Assembly: GCA_029856435.1 (NCBI GenBank)
Contig: JAHQXB010000088.1
Span: 1 to 33,566, forward strand
DNA length: 33,566 nt
Reading direction: 5' to 3'
Source: Candidatus Jordarchaeia archaeon
GTDB lineage: Archaea; Asgardarchaeota; Jordiarchaeia; Jordiarchaeales; Jordiarchaeaceae
Under the pieces are notes generated by a model. It saw nothing but the letters and a program-made list of their open reading frames with translations, had not been told where the DNA came from and did not search any database. The translations under genes were made by a program, and so were the position numbers. Positions 16,027 to 25,951 of the stretch are shown piece after piece (the first letter of the stretch is position 1; each line of letters starts with the position of its first letter).

Positions 16027-16568
16027 TTTGGACTTCTTGTTAACGTTAGTATTGTTCATTTCTAGTTAGTTTTGTTTCGCTTTCTGCGTCCTTTTTTTAT
16101 TTTTGCGACTTGAATTAGTGTGTTTTGTTTTTAGGGTTTGGGGTTTAGTGTCTACCTCTATTTGGGAATTCATTTGAGAAACTTTTATTGTTCTATGAGT
16201 TGAAGGGGATGCTTTCTTGAATTAGTGGTCTAAACTGTGGATACTAATTTATTGTGTTATGTTGGTTCGTTTTGGTCGGTTCTGGTTTAAAATGTTAGGG
16301 TGAAATGTTGGGAAGGGTGCTTTTGTGAGGGGGGATGGATGGGTAGATAAAAATTGTGGGTCGGTCTATGGTTCTATTGGGAGGTGCTGGTTTAGATATT
16401 GTTTTTGGGGATGCTTTTCTTGGATTGGTCAATGTTGGGGGGCTAGTGTTATGTTGGGTCTTTTGTTCCACTATTTTTAAATAATAGTTGTTTTAATTGT
16501 ATTATTTGTGTGTGAATGTTTTACAATAGTTAAGAATTTTTGCAGTGAAGAGGTTAGTGGTGTTTTGT

Positions 16569-16937
16569 TTGAAGTCCCCTTGTGAGTTGGTTATTTGGTA
16601 TTTGCTTCCCAGTGTCAGGTCGGAGTTAGCTAAGGAGTTGGTTAAGCTTGGCTTTTCTCAGAAGGAGGTAGCGAAGAGACTAGGGATATCTGAGGCTGCA
16701 GTATCCCACTACGTGAAGGAGAAACGGGGCAAAAAGATTGATTTGGATAAGGAGGCCAGGAATGAGATTAAAAGACTTGCAAACGATATGGCTTCCTCCG
16801 ATGATGCCACAAATTTGATTCCGAGGACTTGCGAGATTTGTATCTTGGTGAGAAAAAGCGATGTTCTTTGTAAACTTCATAGAAGTTTAGACTCTGTTCC
16901 CGCTAATTGTAAGGTTTGTTCAGAACTTTTTAAATAA
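16569..16937 (+). CDS. Archaeal XRE-type HTH transcriptional regulator with Cys-rich C-terminus
   Basis: PCE....YLLPSVRSELAKEL..LGFSQKEVAKRLGISEAAVSHYVKEKRG; C-terminal CEIC..LC.LH..C..C. TTG start at 16569. Confidence 0.85.
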   Translation: MKSPCELVIWYLLPSVRSELAKELVKLGFSQKEVAKRLGISEAAVSHYVKEKRGKKIDLDKEARNEIKRLANDMASSDDATNLIPRTCEICILVRKSDVLCKLHRSLDSVPANCKVCSELFK

Positions 16938-17237
16938 GTCGTTTTAGATTATTTTCAACACTATGTTTTTGTTTTTCCTAGCGACAGGTTAGGGCTTCTT
17001 AATTCTATCTAGATTTATATTTCTTTTTTTAACTATGATTTTCTCATTAATTTTTTTTCTAAACCTCTCCTTGACCGGGGTTATTTAAGGCTTCTTTCCC
17101 CGAGAAAGCGGAAAAAACTACATTTCTAGAAGGCGAAAAGGAAAAAATTAACTGGAAAGTCTATAGTTCTGCCTTTTTTAATTTTTAGTGGAATAATGTG
17201 ATAGTTGTAGTTTTTGTATGTTTTGTGTTTGTGGGAT

Positions 17238-20200
17238 CTAACTTGGGAAGGCTAAGAAGTCTTTTGTTAGATCTTCTATCTTCCACTCTATTGTGGATGG
17301 TGTTCCTTCTCCGAGTGTTTCTGAAATCAAACCTTTTTTGTATGTCTTGAAGCTGTTTGAAGTTAATCTTGCACGTTCTTCGGATTCTCCACTTTGTGCC
17401 CAGTAGAATAATGCAAATTCTGTTACCTCTGCAAAAATTTCTTCGATTTCTGAGAATTTTGCTTCTCTTAGAAATCTTGACCTTTCTTTGCTTAACCTTT
17501 GATTCTCAATTTGGTTAATTAGGCTGGGATCTTCCATCAATTTCTTGGGTGAAACTCCAAAAACTCTGGTGACAGCTCCCAGAGCTTTCGAGGCTGCGTT
17601 GCGAATCTTCACGTCGCTCTGCAGTTTAATGAGGGTTCTGATAGTTTTTCCATCTACAAGGCCTTCTTCAGCATATCGCGTGATGGCAATCGCTGAACAC
17701 AAAGAAATATCCTTATTTTCACTTCCTAATAAATTAATCAATTTATCCAGAGCCCTTTCATCAATCTTGCCTTTTTCCGCGTAAAACGTAAGTGCAAGAA
17801 TCGCGTTTATCTGTATTAAGGTCTCCTTCTCCTCAAGCAATTCGATTAATTTACTCATGGCTTCGTCATTGATAATACCTTTTTCAGCATATCTGGCCAG
17901 GGCAAGTGCGGCGCTTGAACGTGTATAGCCATATTCCGTTTTAAGCAGAGATGTTAATCTATCTACTGCCCTTTTGTCCACTAGGCCGTTTTCAGCATAT
18001 CTAGCCAACGCTAAGGAGGCATTTGCCTTTATGGTGTTATTTTCGTCGCCCAACAGCATTATTAGTGGTTCTATGCTTTCTGGATCAGTAATCTTGTTTT
18101 CAGCGTACCAAGCGATTGCCAGTGAGGAGTTAATTCGGGTTACAAAGCTGGGGTCTCCGAGCAATTTGACTAGAGCGCCTAAACTCATCTTATTCAAAAT
18201 TCCCTTTCTAGCGTAATTTGCAATGGTGTATGAAGCATTCATTCTCACAATAATGTCCTCATCTCCGAGTATAGCAATTAGATGCTCTAAAGCTCTGGGA
18301 TCTATTATACCCTTCTTTTCGGCGAAACTTGCAATAGAATATATAGCGTTTTCTTTTGTAAGAACCTCTTTACTCGTAAGAAGTTTTATAAGCTTGTCCA
18401 AAATTTTGGGATCTAACAACCCATTCATAGCGTATCTTCCAATGACAAAGGTGGCGTTTTGGACAATCTCCAAGTTTGCGTTATCCAGCAAACTTGACAA
18501 TGTTTTTAAAATGGCCTCATTCACTAACCTATTCTCCGCGTAAGCCCCAATGGCAATTAATGCATGTTTCTTAACATCAACATTTTCGTCTTCGATTAGA
18601 GTAATTAGGGGTTTTAGAGCATTCTCAGTAATCAAATTGTTATCTGCGTAAAATCCTAAAGCCATTGTTGCATGAATTTTGACACGTGCTTCTTGGTCGC
18701 CCAAGAGTTTCGTTAAACTTTCTAAGGCTGTTTTATCTATCAGCTTCTTTTCTCCATAGATGGCTATTGCTAGTGCGGCGTTCATTCTGGTTGTTGGGCT
18801 CTCGTCTTCTAGTAGCTTCACTAGTGGCTTCAAAGCATCCTTATCAGTTAGACCCTTCTCTGCAGCGTAGGCTATTGCTAGTGCGGCGTTCATTCTGGTT
18901 GTTGGGCTCTCGTCTTCTAGTAGCTTCACTAGTGGTTTCAAAGCATCTTCTGAAAAGATTCCTCTTTTAATATATCTGGCTATTGCTAGTGCGGCGTTCC
19001 CTCGAGCCTTACTGTCTTCGTCTTCTAGCAGCTTCACAAGGGATTCCAAGGCTTTGGGGTTTATCAGTCCCTTCTCTGCGTAAATTGCCATAATTGCCGA
19101 AGCCAAGATTCTAGAATCAGCAGTTTTATCGGTAAGCAGAACAGTCAAAGGCTGGAGGGCGTCCTCAATTATCAAACCTTTCCTAAGATAGGATTCGGCT
19201 GCGTGTAGAACATTTAAGCGAACCTGACTATCTTGGTCAGCGAGGAGCGCTTTAAACCGCTTTAACACGTTTTCAGAAGTTAAGCCCTTATCCGCATATC
19301 TAGCCAAAGTGGCTGAGATTGCAACACGAACGCCAGTATCCGCGTCCTCACATAGAGACGAAAGTGGTTCCAAAGCGGATTCATCGGTTAGACCATTTTC
19401 TGCGTAGAATCCTAGGGCAATCGACGCTTTGGTGCGAATGATGCTATTACTATCCTTGAGGAGAGAAATTAATGGGGTCAGAGCCCTCACATCAGTAATA
19501 CGCCTTTGTGCATATAGACCAATTACTGCGGTAGTCTTTAGCCGAATTTCCTCATTCTCATCATGAAGTAGCTCAATTAGGGGCTCTAATGCATTTGGCG
19601 CCACTAGGTCCTTCTCTAGGTAATATGCTAAAGCCACTAAAGCTACTTTGCGGATATCTGCATTTTCGTCTCTAAGCAATTTTACTAGCGCCACCAATGC
19701 ATGCTCATCCATAAGCCCATTCATAGCATAATTTGCGATAGCGTGTACGGCGTTCTCTCGAATCTGGCTATCCTCGTCACTTAACAGGTTTATTAGGGGC
19801 ATTATAGCCTTTGAATCCACTAAGTTGTTAGCAGCATACCATCTGGTAGCAATAGTAGCATTTTTTCTTATTGCATAGTTATCGCTACCAAGTAATTCGA
19901 TTAAAGGAGGTATTGCCTCGCTAGAGACAATACCCTTCACAGCGTGTCTTCCAATAGCGAAGGTTGCCGCCCATAAAAGATCAGTGTTTTCCTCCTTAAG
20001 CATCCTAACTAGAGATTCCAACGCCCCTTCGCCGATTAATCCTTTCTCTGCATAGAATCCTACCGCGGCGGCGGCCCTCATTTTAATATCCGATCTTTCT
20101 TCGTTGAGTAATTTTACTAAATTTTCTAAAGCAGCCTCATCAACCAAGCCTATCTCTGAATAACGGGCAATAGCATCCACTGCTCTCATTCTGACATCAT

Positions 20201-23200
20201 CATTTTCATCGATAAGCAATTTATTGAGGGGGTCTAAGGCCTTCCTGTTTAGAAGTGCATTATCAGCATATCTGGCTATTGCCGCAGCCGCGTTTCCACG
20301 AGTGTACAAGTTTTCATCTGACAGTAATTTAATTAGTGGTTCAATTGCCTTGATATCAACAATTTTCTTCTCGGCATAGTTAGAAATTGCATTCACCGCG
20401 TTTCCTCGAACAAAGCTGTCATTATCACTAAGCAAAGTGATTAATGGATTTAAAGCCTTGGCGTTAAGGATGCCCTTTTTAGCATATATTGATATAACTA
20501 TTGCGGAATTGTCCCTGATCTCTGTACTAGGGTCGGTAAGAAGCTTAATCACCTTCTCTAAAGCCCTCTCGTCAATTAAATTGTTATCCGCATATTTTAA
20601 CAAGGTTATTACTGCGTTTCTTCTGATTGTCGCGTCTTTATCTTCTAGCAGAGCGATGAGGGGGTTGAGAGCTTTAGGATCAACTAGGCGGTTTTCTGCG
20701 TACATCCATAAGGCGGTTGTGGAATTGATGCGAGTATTATTATCTTTGTCGTCTAGTAGAGATATTAAGGGTTCTATAGCTTCTTTGTAAAAAAGTTTGT
20801 TTTCCGCGTATTTTACTACCGCATAAACTGAGTTTGCCCGTATCTCCCCATTTTCATTGTTTAGTAGTTTTGATAGGGATTTCAATGCTTTTTCTGAATA
20901 CATCTGTTTCTCAGCATAGTATATTATGGTCTTGATCGCAATGTTACATAGAGAAATATCTTGATCTTCTAGAAGGGGTACTATTGACTCCAAAATTTGC
21001 TCGTTTAAAATTTCATTTTTTGCATATTCGTTTACCGCTTGGGCGGCGTTATAACGTATCTCAACTATTTCATCACTAAGTAAGTTTGATAAGAGCTTTA
21101 GAGCTTTTTCGTATAGTAAACCCTTTTTTGAGTATTTGGTAATAGTCGCTGAAGAAACTCTTCTTATTTCGGGGTCTTCATCTTTGAGTAGTTCTGTCAA
21201 AGGTTCAAGAGAATCTGTTATAAATAAATCCCCGTCCGCATAGATGTTTAAGGCAGCTGCTGCGTTGTAACGATTCTTGGGGTTTTTGTCGGATAGCAGA
21301 TTCACCAAGGGTTTTAGAGCGGCTGAGTTAAATTTTTCTCTCTCGGCATAGTGTATAATCGCTTCTGAGGCTTTTGTAGAAAGTTTATCGTCTCCTTTTC
21401 CCAGCAATTTTATTAAACACTCTAAAGCCTCCTCTTGAATTAATCCTCTTTCAGCATATTGTGAAATGGTAGAGGAGGCATTAATGAGAATATCCAAGTT
21501 CTCCTCCTCAAGGAGCTTCACTAGTGGCGTCAGCGCCTTCTTATTAACAATTTTATTCTCTGCGTAAAGTGATAGAGCTTGTGCGGAAATTGCGCGTATA
21601 TCGTCGTATTCGTCGCTGAGTAGATTTATAATTGGATCGATTACATTTTCACTAAAAATATGTTTTTCAGCGTATCTTAAGATGGTAGTTGCAGAATTTA
21701 ATCTAACGTCTTTGTCAGCGTCTCTAAGATTTCTTGATAATTGCTCTAGAGCTTTCTCATCAATAATTCCGTTGATTGCGTATAGCCCTATAATAGCTGC
21801 AGCATTTGCACGTACACTGCTATCCCTATTTCCTAATAAATCTATAAGGCGCTTTAGTGCCTCTTCATAAACCAGATTATTTTCAGCATAGGTCATAAAT
21901 ACTTTTAAAACCCTTGACAAGAGATTAGAATCTTCTACCTCAAGCAGGGCTATTAATAGCTCAAGTAACCTATCATCGAACAGCTTGTTCTCCGCATATA
22001 ATTTAATTACATCAACTACCCTGCTACGAAGAACTAGATTTTCATCGCGGAGGAGATTAGTCAAATATAGAAATATCCTATCATCAAAGAGCTCTTTCTC
22101 AGCGTAGGTACCTATCGCATCTAAAGATTTGATGCGTATATCCAAACTTTTGTCATCGAGAAGAATTATAAGTGGTTCTAACGCTTCTTTTTTAAGGTAA
22201 TTCTTCTGAGCGTACAATCCTAATGCGAGTACGGAGTTTGCGCGTACATTTTCATTGTAATCCATCAGCCCCTTGATCAATGGATCCAATGCAGATTCTT
22301 CGAGGAGTCCCCCCTCCGCATATCTAACAATTATGCTAGAGGCTCTAAATCGAATTTCTGGATTTTCATTACTAATAAGTTGTGGTAAAAACTTCAAAGC
22401 TTCTTCGCTAAATAACCCCTTTTCTGAGTAGCGATCTAGTGCGGTAACAGCTCTCAACTTTGTATCAACATCCTCGTCGCTGAGGAGTTTTGTAAGTGGT
22501 TTCAAGGCGTCTTTATAGTATAGCCCATTAACAGTGTACAAAATAATAGCGGTTAACACGTTTCTCCTTATACTAATATTCTCCTCAAAAAGTATTTTGG
22601 AGAGGGGTTCTAACGCCTTATTGGAAACCAGACCTTTCTCTGCATACCTGATAATTCCAATAACCGCCCTAGTCCTAACATCTATATTCTCATCGCTGAG
22701 CAGTTTTGTGAGAGGATTAACTGCCGTTTCGTTTAACAATCCTTTCTCCGCGTAAATTCCAATGGCAAGAGCTCCGTTTGCTCTAACATTGGCATCCTCA
22801 TCACCCAATATTTTAACTAGAGCCGGTAGAGCAGAACTGTGAACTAATCCGTTTATTGCATATAAAACTAGGGAGATCGCCGCGGTTGTGCGGGTCGCTT
22901 TATTCTCGTCCGAGAGCAGTTTGATTAAATATTCGGTGGCATCTTCATGGACTAGGTTTTTCTCTGCGTAGAGTCCTATTGCTGCTACAGCCCTCATTCT
23001 CACATCACTGGACTTGTCAGAAAGCAGTTTGACCAGCGGTTTTAAGGCCCCCTCACTTACTAGGTTTTTCCCCGCGTATTGGGCTATTATACCAGCGGCT
23101 CCAGCACGTATAGCGTAGTTTTGATCTTCTAGGAGTGCAATCAGAGACTTTAGGGCTCTTATGTCTACATAATTTTTTACTGCATACAATCCCACTGCTG

Positions 23201-25823
23201 CTATGGCGCTCATTCTAATAGAATTGTCAGGGTCGTTAAGCAAACTAATTAATGGTTCTAGTCCCCTTTCATCAATAATTCCCCTTTCCAAGTATTGGCC
23301 TAGAGCATCAATAGCTCCCTGTCTTATGTCTGTATTCTTGTCTTGTAAAAGCCTTACAATGTGTGCTGTAGCGGAATTATCTGTAACGTTGTTTGCCGCA
23401 TAATGACTAACAGCTTGCACAGCATTTTTTCGTACATCATCGTCTTCATCATTTAGAAGTTCGATTAATTTTGGAAGGGCGCTTTTAATCACTAATCCTC
23501 TTTTAGCGTACAAACTTATTGCAAGAGCGGCGTTTGCACGGACATGTACATTCTCATCGCTAATAATTCTATCTAAATATCCTAATACCTCTTCCTTAAT
23601 TATCTCTTTTTCAGCATACTTGGCAATTGTGAACACAGCATTTGTACGTGTAACGCTGTCCTCGTCCTCTAACAAACTTATCAAGGACTGGATTAGGCCT
23701 TCATCGGCAATATCTCTGCTCGCAAATTCCCCTATAGTAATGGCGGCATTTCTACGAATATTAACATTATCATCACTAGTAAGTTTAGTTACGGAACTCA
23801 GAGCCTTTTCTCCTATCACTCCCTTTTCAACATATCGAGCTATTGCTGCCGAGACTGCTTCACGGACATCATCATTTTTATCCTCAATTAATTTGAGTAG
23901 TGGTTCAACAGCCATTTCACTGGTAATTTCATTTTCTGCATACCTGGCAACGGCAAGTGAGGCTCTGGCTCTAACATTTCCATCTTCATCTGTCAAAAGT
24001 TTCACAATTTGGTCTAAAGCATTCTTATGTACCAATTTATTTTCCGCGTAGCGCACCAGTGCTGATAATGAATTTATAACAATCCTTTTGTCATCATCAG
24101 ATAAAAGTTTGATTAGAGGAACAAGCGCTCCTTCATCAACCACAGCTTTCTCAGAATACAACGCTACCGCTACTACTGAGTTAATCCGGGTTGCATTATC
24201 ATCATCACTAAGAAGAGATATCAGGGGTTTTAGCGCGCTATCCTCCATCATTTCCCCTTCAGCATAGTACGCCAATGTGGCTGAGGCTGCTCTACGAATA
24301 TCAACATCAGGGTCTTCAAGCAAACTAATAGTAAACTTCAAAGCCTTTCCATTTAATAGCTTGTTTTTTGCGTACAATCCGATGGCTATCAATGCATTCA
24401 AACGGATATTTTTTTCTTTGCTTTGCAAGAGGTTGACCAAGGGGTCTATTGCCCCATCATTCACCATTCCCTGCTGAGCGTATAGCCCGATTGTAATTGC
24501 TGCAGTGGCCTGAATATTCTGATTGGGGTTACTAAGGAGTAGTACTAATTGGTCCACTGCGGAGGGATCAAAAATATTATTCCTTGCATAATGTAACATA
24601 ACCTCTGAAGCGTTAAGATAAATTTCTTCGTCTCCCTCAAATAATAATTTAATAATGGGATTAAGAGCGGCCTCATTTACCAATCCCAATTTTGCATATT
24701 TAGTAATAGCCTCTAAAGCTCCCCTTCTTATTTCGGCATTACTATCTGCAAGAAGATGTGAAAGAGGCTCTAGGGCACTTTCTTCAATTAGCCCCTTGTC
24801 CAAATATCTGGCCACTGTCTTAGTGGCGTTTAACCGAATTTTTTCATTCTCATCACTTAGAAGTGAGGTCAGGGGTTTCAGAGCTTCTGCTTTGACTAGA
24901 CCCATTTCAGCGTAGCTTGCTACAATGTGAGAGGCTATTAGGCGGGTTTCATTGTCTTCATCTTGAAGAAGTCGAATAAGGGGTTCGAGTGCATCGCTAG
25001 AGAAAATGCCGTTTTCTAAATAATTATCAATTCCTTCAGCGGCAATACGCCTAATTTCAACTTGATTTTCATTTAATAGGTTTATAATAAAATTCAAAGC
25101 ATCAGCCTCTACAATTTTTTTCGAGGCGTATTTAGTAACAACATAAACCGCGTTTCTGCGAATTTCACTATTTTCAGAAGCCATTAAACTAACCATAGGC
25201 TTTAAGATTCTCTCATCCACTATACCCAGTTCTAAATATTCAACAATAGCTTTTATCGCATGTATTTTTACTTCAATATCTTGATCTTCAAGAAGTTTGA
25301 TCAAAGGATCTATAGCATTTCTGTCCACCAAGTTTTTCTCAGCATACCGTAATATTGCTAGTGTGGCGTTCCTTCTAACATTAGTTTCGCCGTCCGATAG
25401 AAGTTTAATTAGAGACTTTACAGCTCTTAAATCTGTCATACCCACCTCAGCATAGTAAGCAACTGCCAAAGCCGCAAATAATTTAATTTCTCCCTCTTCA
25501 TCCAATAATGAAATGAGGGGTTCAACAGCCCTACCTTCAAACTTCCCTCTCCCCGCGTAACTTGCTATAGTAGAGGCGGCGTTCCTTTTCACCGTGTAAT
25601 CTGAATCGTAAAGGAGTTTGACTAGCGTCTCCAAAACTTTCGACTCGTATACTCCTTCCTCAGCCATTTTGCCTAGAAATTGGACAGCGCTGGCCCTGAC
25701 TGTACTATTCTTGTCTACCAGTAAACGCTCGAGCTTTTCCACTGCCTTTTTGATTTTCCCTTCCCTATACGCTTTCACTGCTTCTTCTACTGGCTTAGGG
25801 TACCCGCTGGATGTGTTACTCAT
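17238..25823 (-). CDS. Giant alpha-solenoid (HEAT/ARM-like) repeat protein, ~2,860 aa
   Basis: Uninterrupted 8.6-kb ORF; 36-aa repeat with consensus xALEPLIKLLxDEDxxVRxNAAxAIAxYAEKGLVDE, about 75 copies; ~110-aa non-repeat tail; no signal peptide or TM segment seen. ATG at 25823 preferred over 25850. Confidence 0.92.
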   Translation of the reverse strand: MSNTSSGYPKPVEEAVKAYREGKIKKAVEKLERLLVDKNSTVRASAVQFLGKMAEEGVYESKVLETLVKLLYDSDYTVKRNAASTIASYAGRGKFEGRAVEPLISLLDEEGEIKLFAALAVAYYAEVGMTDLRAVKSLIKLLSDGETNVRRNATLAILRYAEKNLVDRNAIDPLIKLLEDQDIEVKIHAIKAIVEYLELGIVDERILKPMVSLMASENSEIRRNAVYVVTKYASKKIVEADALNFIINLLNENQVEIRRIAAEGIDNYLENGIFSSDALEPLIRLLQDEDNETRLIASHIVASYAEMGLVKAEALKPLTSLLSDENEKIRLNATKTVARYLDKGLIEESALEPLSHLLADSNAEIRRGALEAITKYAKLGLVNEAALNPIIKLLFEGDEEIYLNASEVMLHYARNNIFDPSAVDQLVLLLSNPNQNIQATAAITIGLYAQQGMVNDGAIDPLVNLLQSKEKNIRLNALIAIGLYAKNKLLNGKALKFTISLLEDPDVDIRRAASATLAYYAEGEMMEDSALKPLISLLSDDDNATRINSVVAVALYSEKAVVDEGALVPLIKLLSDDDKRIVINSLSALVRYAENKLVHKNALDQIVKLLTDEDGNVRARASLAVARYAENEITSEMAVEPLLKLIEDKNDDVREAVSAAIARYVEKGVIGEKALSSVTKLTSDDNVNIRRNAAITIGEFASRDIADEGLIQSLISLLEDEDSVTRTNAVFTIAKYAEKEIIKEEVLGYLDRIISDENVHVRANAALAISLYAKRGLVIKSALPKLIELLNDEDDDVRKNAVQAVSHYAANNVTDNSATAHIVRLLQDKNTDIRQGAIDALGQYLERGIIDERGLEPLISLLNDPDNSIRMSAIAAVGLYAVKNYVDIRALKSLIALLEDQNYAIRAGAAGIIAQYAGKNLVSEGALKPLVKLLSDKSSDVRMRAVAAIGLYAEKNLVHEDATEYLIKLLSDENKATRTTAAISLVLYAINGLVHSSALPALVKILGDEDANVRANGALAIGIYAEKGLLNETAVNPLTKLLSDENIDVRTRAVIGIIRYAEKGLVSNKALEPLSKILFEENISIRRNVLTAIILYTVNGLYYKDALKPLTKLLSDEDVDTKLRAVTALDRYSEKGLFSEEALKFLPQLISNENPEIRFRASSIIVRYAEGGLLEESALDPLIKGLMDYNENVRANSVLALGLYAQKNYLKKEALEPLIILLDDKSLDIRIKSLDAIGTYAEKELFDDRIFLYLTNLLRDENLVLRSRVVDVIKLYAENKLFDDRLLELLIALLEVEDSNLLSRVLKVFMTYAENNLVYEEALKRLIDLLGNRDSSVRANAAAIIGLYAINGIIDEKALEQLSRNLRDADKDVRLNSATTILRYAEKHIFSENVIDPIINLLSDEYDDIRAISAQALSLYAENKIVNKKALTPLVKLLEEENLDILINASSTISQYAERGLIQEEALECLIKLLGKGDDKLSTKASEAIIHYAEREKFNSAALKPLVNLLSDKNPKNRYNAAAALNIYADGDLFITDSLEPLTELLKDEDPEIRRVSSATITKYSKKGLLYEKALKLLSNLLSDEIVEIRYNAAQAVNEYAKNEILNEQILESIVPLLEDQDISLCNIAIKTIIYYAEKQMYSEKALKSLSKLLNNENGEIRANSVYAVVKYAENKLFYKEAIEPLISLLDDKDNNTRINSTTALWMYAENRLVDPKALNPLIALLEDKDATIRRNAVITLLKYADNNLIDERALEKVIKLLTDPSTEIRDNSAIVISIYAKKGILNAKALNPLITLLSDNDSFVRGNAVNAISNYAEKKIVDIKAIEPLIKLLSDENLYTRGNAAAAIARYADNALLNRKALDPLNKLLIDENDDVRMRAVDAIARYSEIGLVDEAALENLVKLLNEERSDIKMRAAAAVGFYAEKGLIGEGALESLVRMLKEENTDLLWAATFAIGRHAVKGIVSSEAIPPLIELLGSDNYAIRKNATIATRWYAANNLVDSKAIMPLINLLSDEDSQIRENAVHAIANYAMNGLMDEHALVALVKLLRDENADIRKVALVALAYYLEKDLVAPNALEPLIELLHDENEEIRLKTTAVIGLYAQRRITDVRALTPLISLLKDSNSIIRTKASIALGFYAENGLTDESALEPLSSLCEDADTGVRVAISATLARYADKGLTSENVLKRFKALLADQDSQVRLNVLHAAESYLRKGLIIEDALQPLTVLLTDKTADSRILASAIMAIYAEKGLINPKALESLVKLLEDEDSKARGNAALAIARYIKRGIFSEDALKPLVKLLEDESPTTRMNAALAIAYAAEKGLTDKDALKPLVKLLEDESPTTRMNAALAIAIYGEKKLIDKTALESLTKLLGDQEARVKIHATMALGFYADNNLITENALKPLITLIEDENVDVKKHALIAIGAYAENRLVNEAILKTLSSLLDNANLEIVQNATFVIGRYAMNGLLDPKILDKLIKLLTSKEVLTKENAIYSIASFAEKKGIIDPRALEHLIAILGDEDIIVRMNASYTIANYARKGILNKMSLGALVKLLGDPSFVTRINSSLAIAWYAENKITDPESIEPLIMLLGDENNTIKANASLALARYAENGLVDKRAVDRLTSLLKTEYGYTRSSAALALARYAEKGIINDEAMSKLIELLEEKETLIQINAILALTFYAEKGKIDERALDKLINLLGSENKDISLCSAIAITRYAEEGLVDGKTIRTLIKLQSDVKIRNAASKALGAVTRVFGVSPKKLMEDPSLINQIENQRLSKERSRFLREAKFSEIEEIFAEVTEFALFYWAQSGESEERARLTSNSFKTYKKGLISETLGEGTPSTIEWKIEDLTKDFLAFPS
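18762..18999. repeat. 108-bp-period near-identical tandem duplication within the solenoid gene
   Basis: 18762-18839 and 18870-18947 match at 77 of 78 nt; a third copy at 18978 shares the first 22 nt. Confidence 0.95.
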
Positions 25824-25951
25824 TAAAACCCCTTCATATAAATGAATCATTAATTAAAGTGAACCCTCTCTTTCCAAAGAAAATACTATCTCCACACAGT
25901 AATAATTTTAACGGTTTGCAATGTGATAGACCCCCCAAAAATTTTAGGAAT

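Noticed and set aside
16027-16544. Low-complexity G/T-rich intergenic DNA that might hide repeats or a CRISPR array
   Set aside because: There are no regularly spaced direct repeats; the composition is explained by the local strand skew.
17545-25845. Numerous plus-strand ORFs antisense to the solenoid gene, including the repeated 18686-18970 ORF
   Set aside because: They are shadow ORFs produced by the codon pattern and DNA repeats of the real minus-strand gene; the other short overlapping ORFs in the track were rejected for the same reason.
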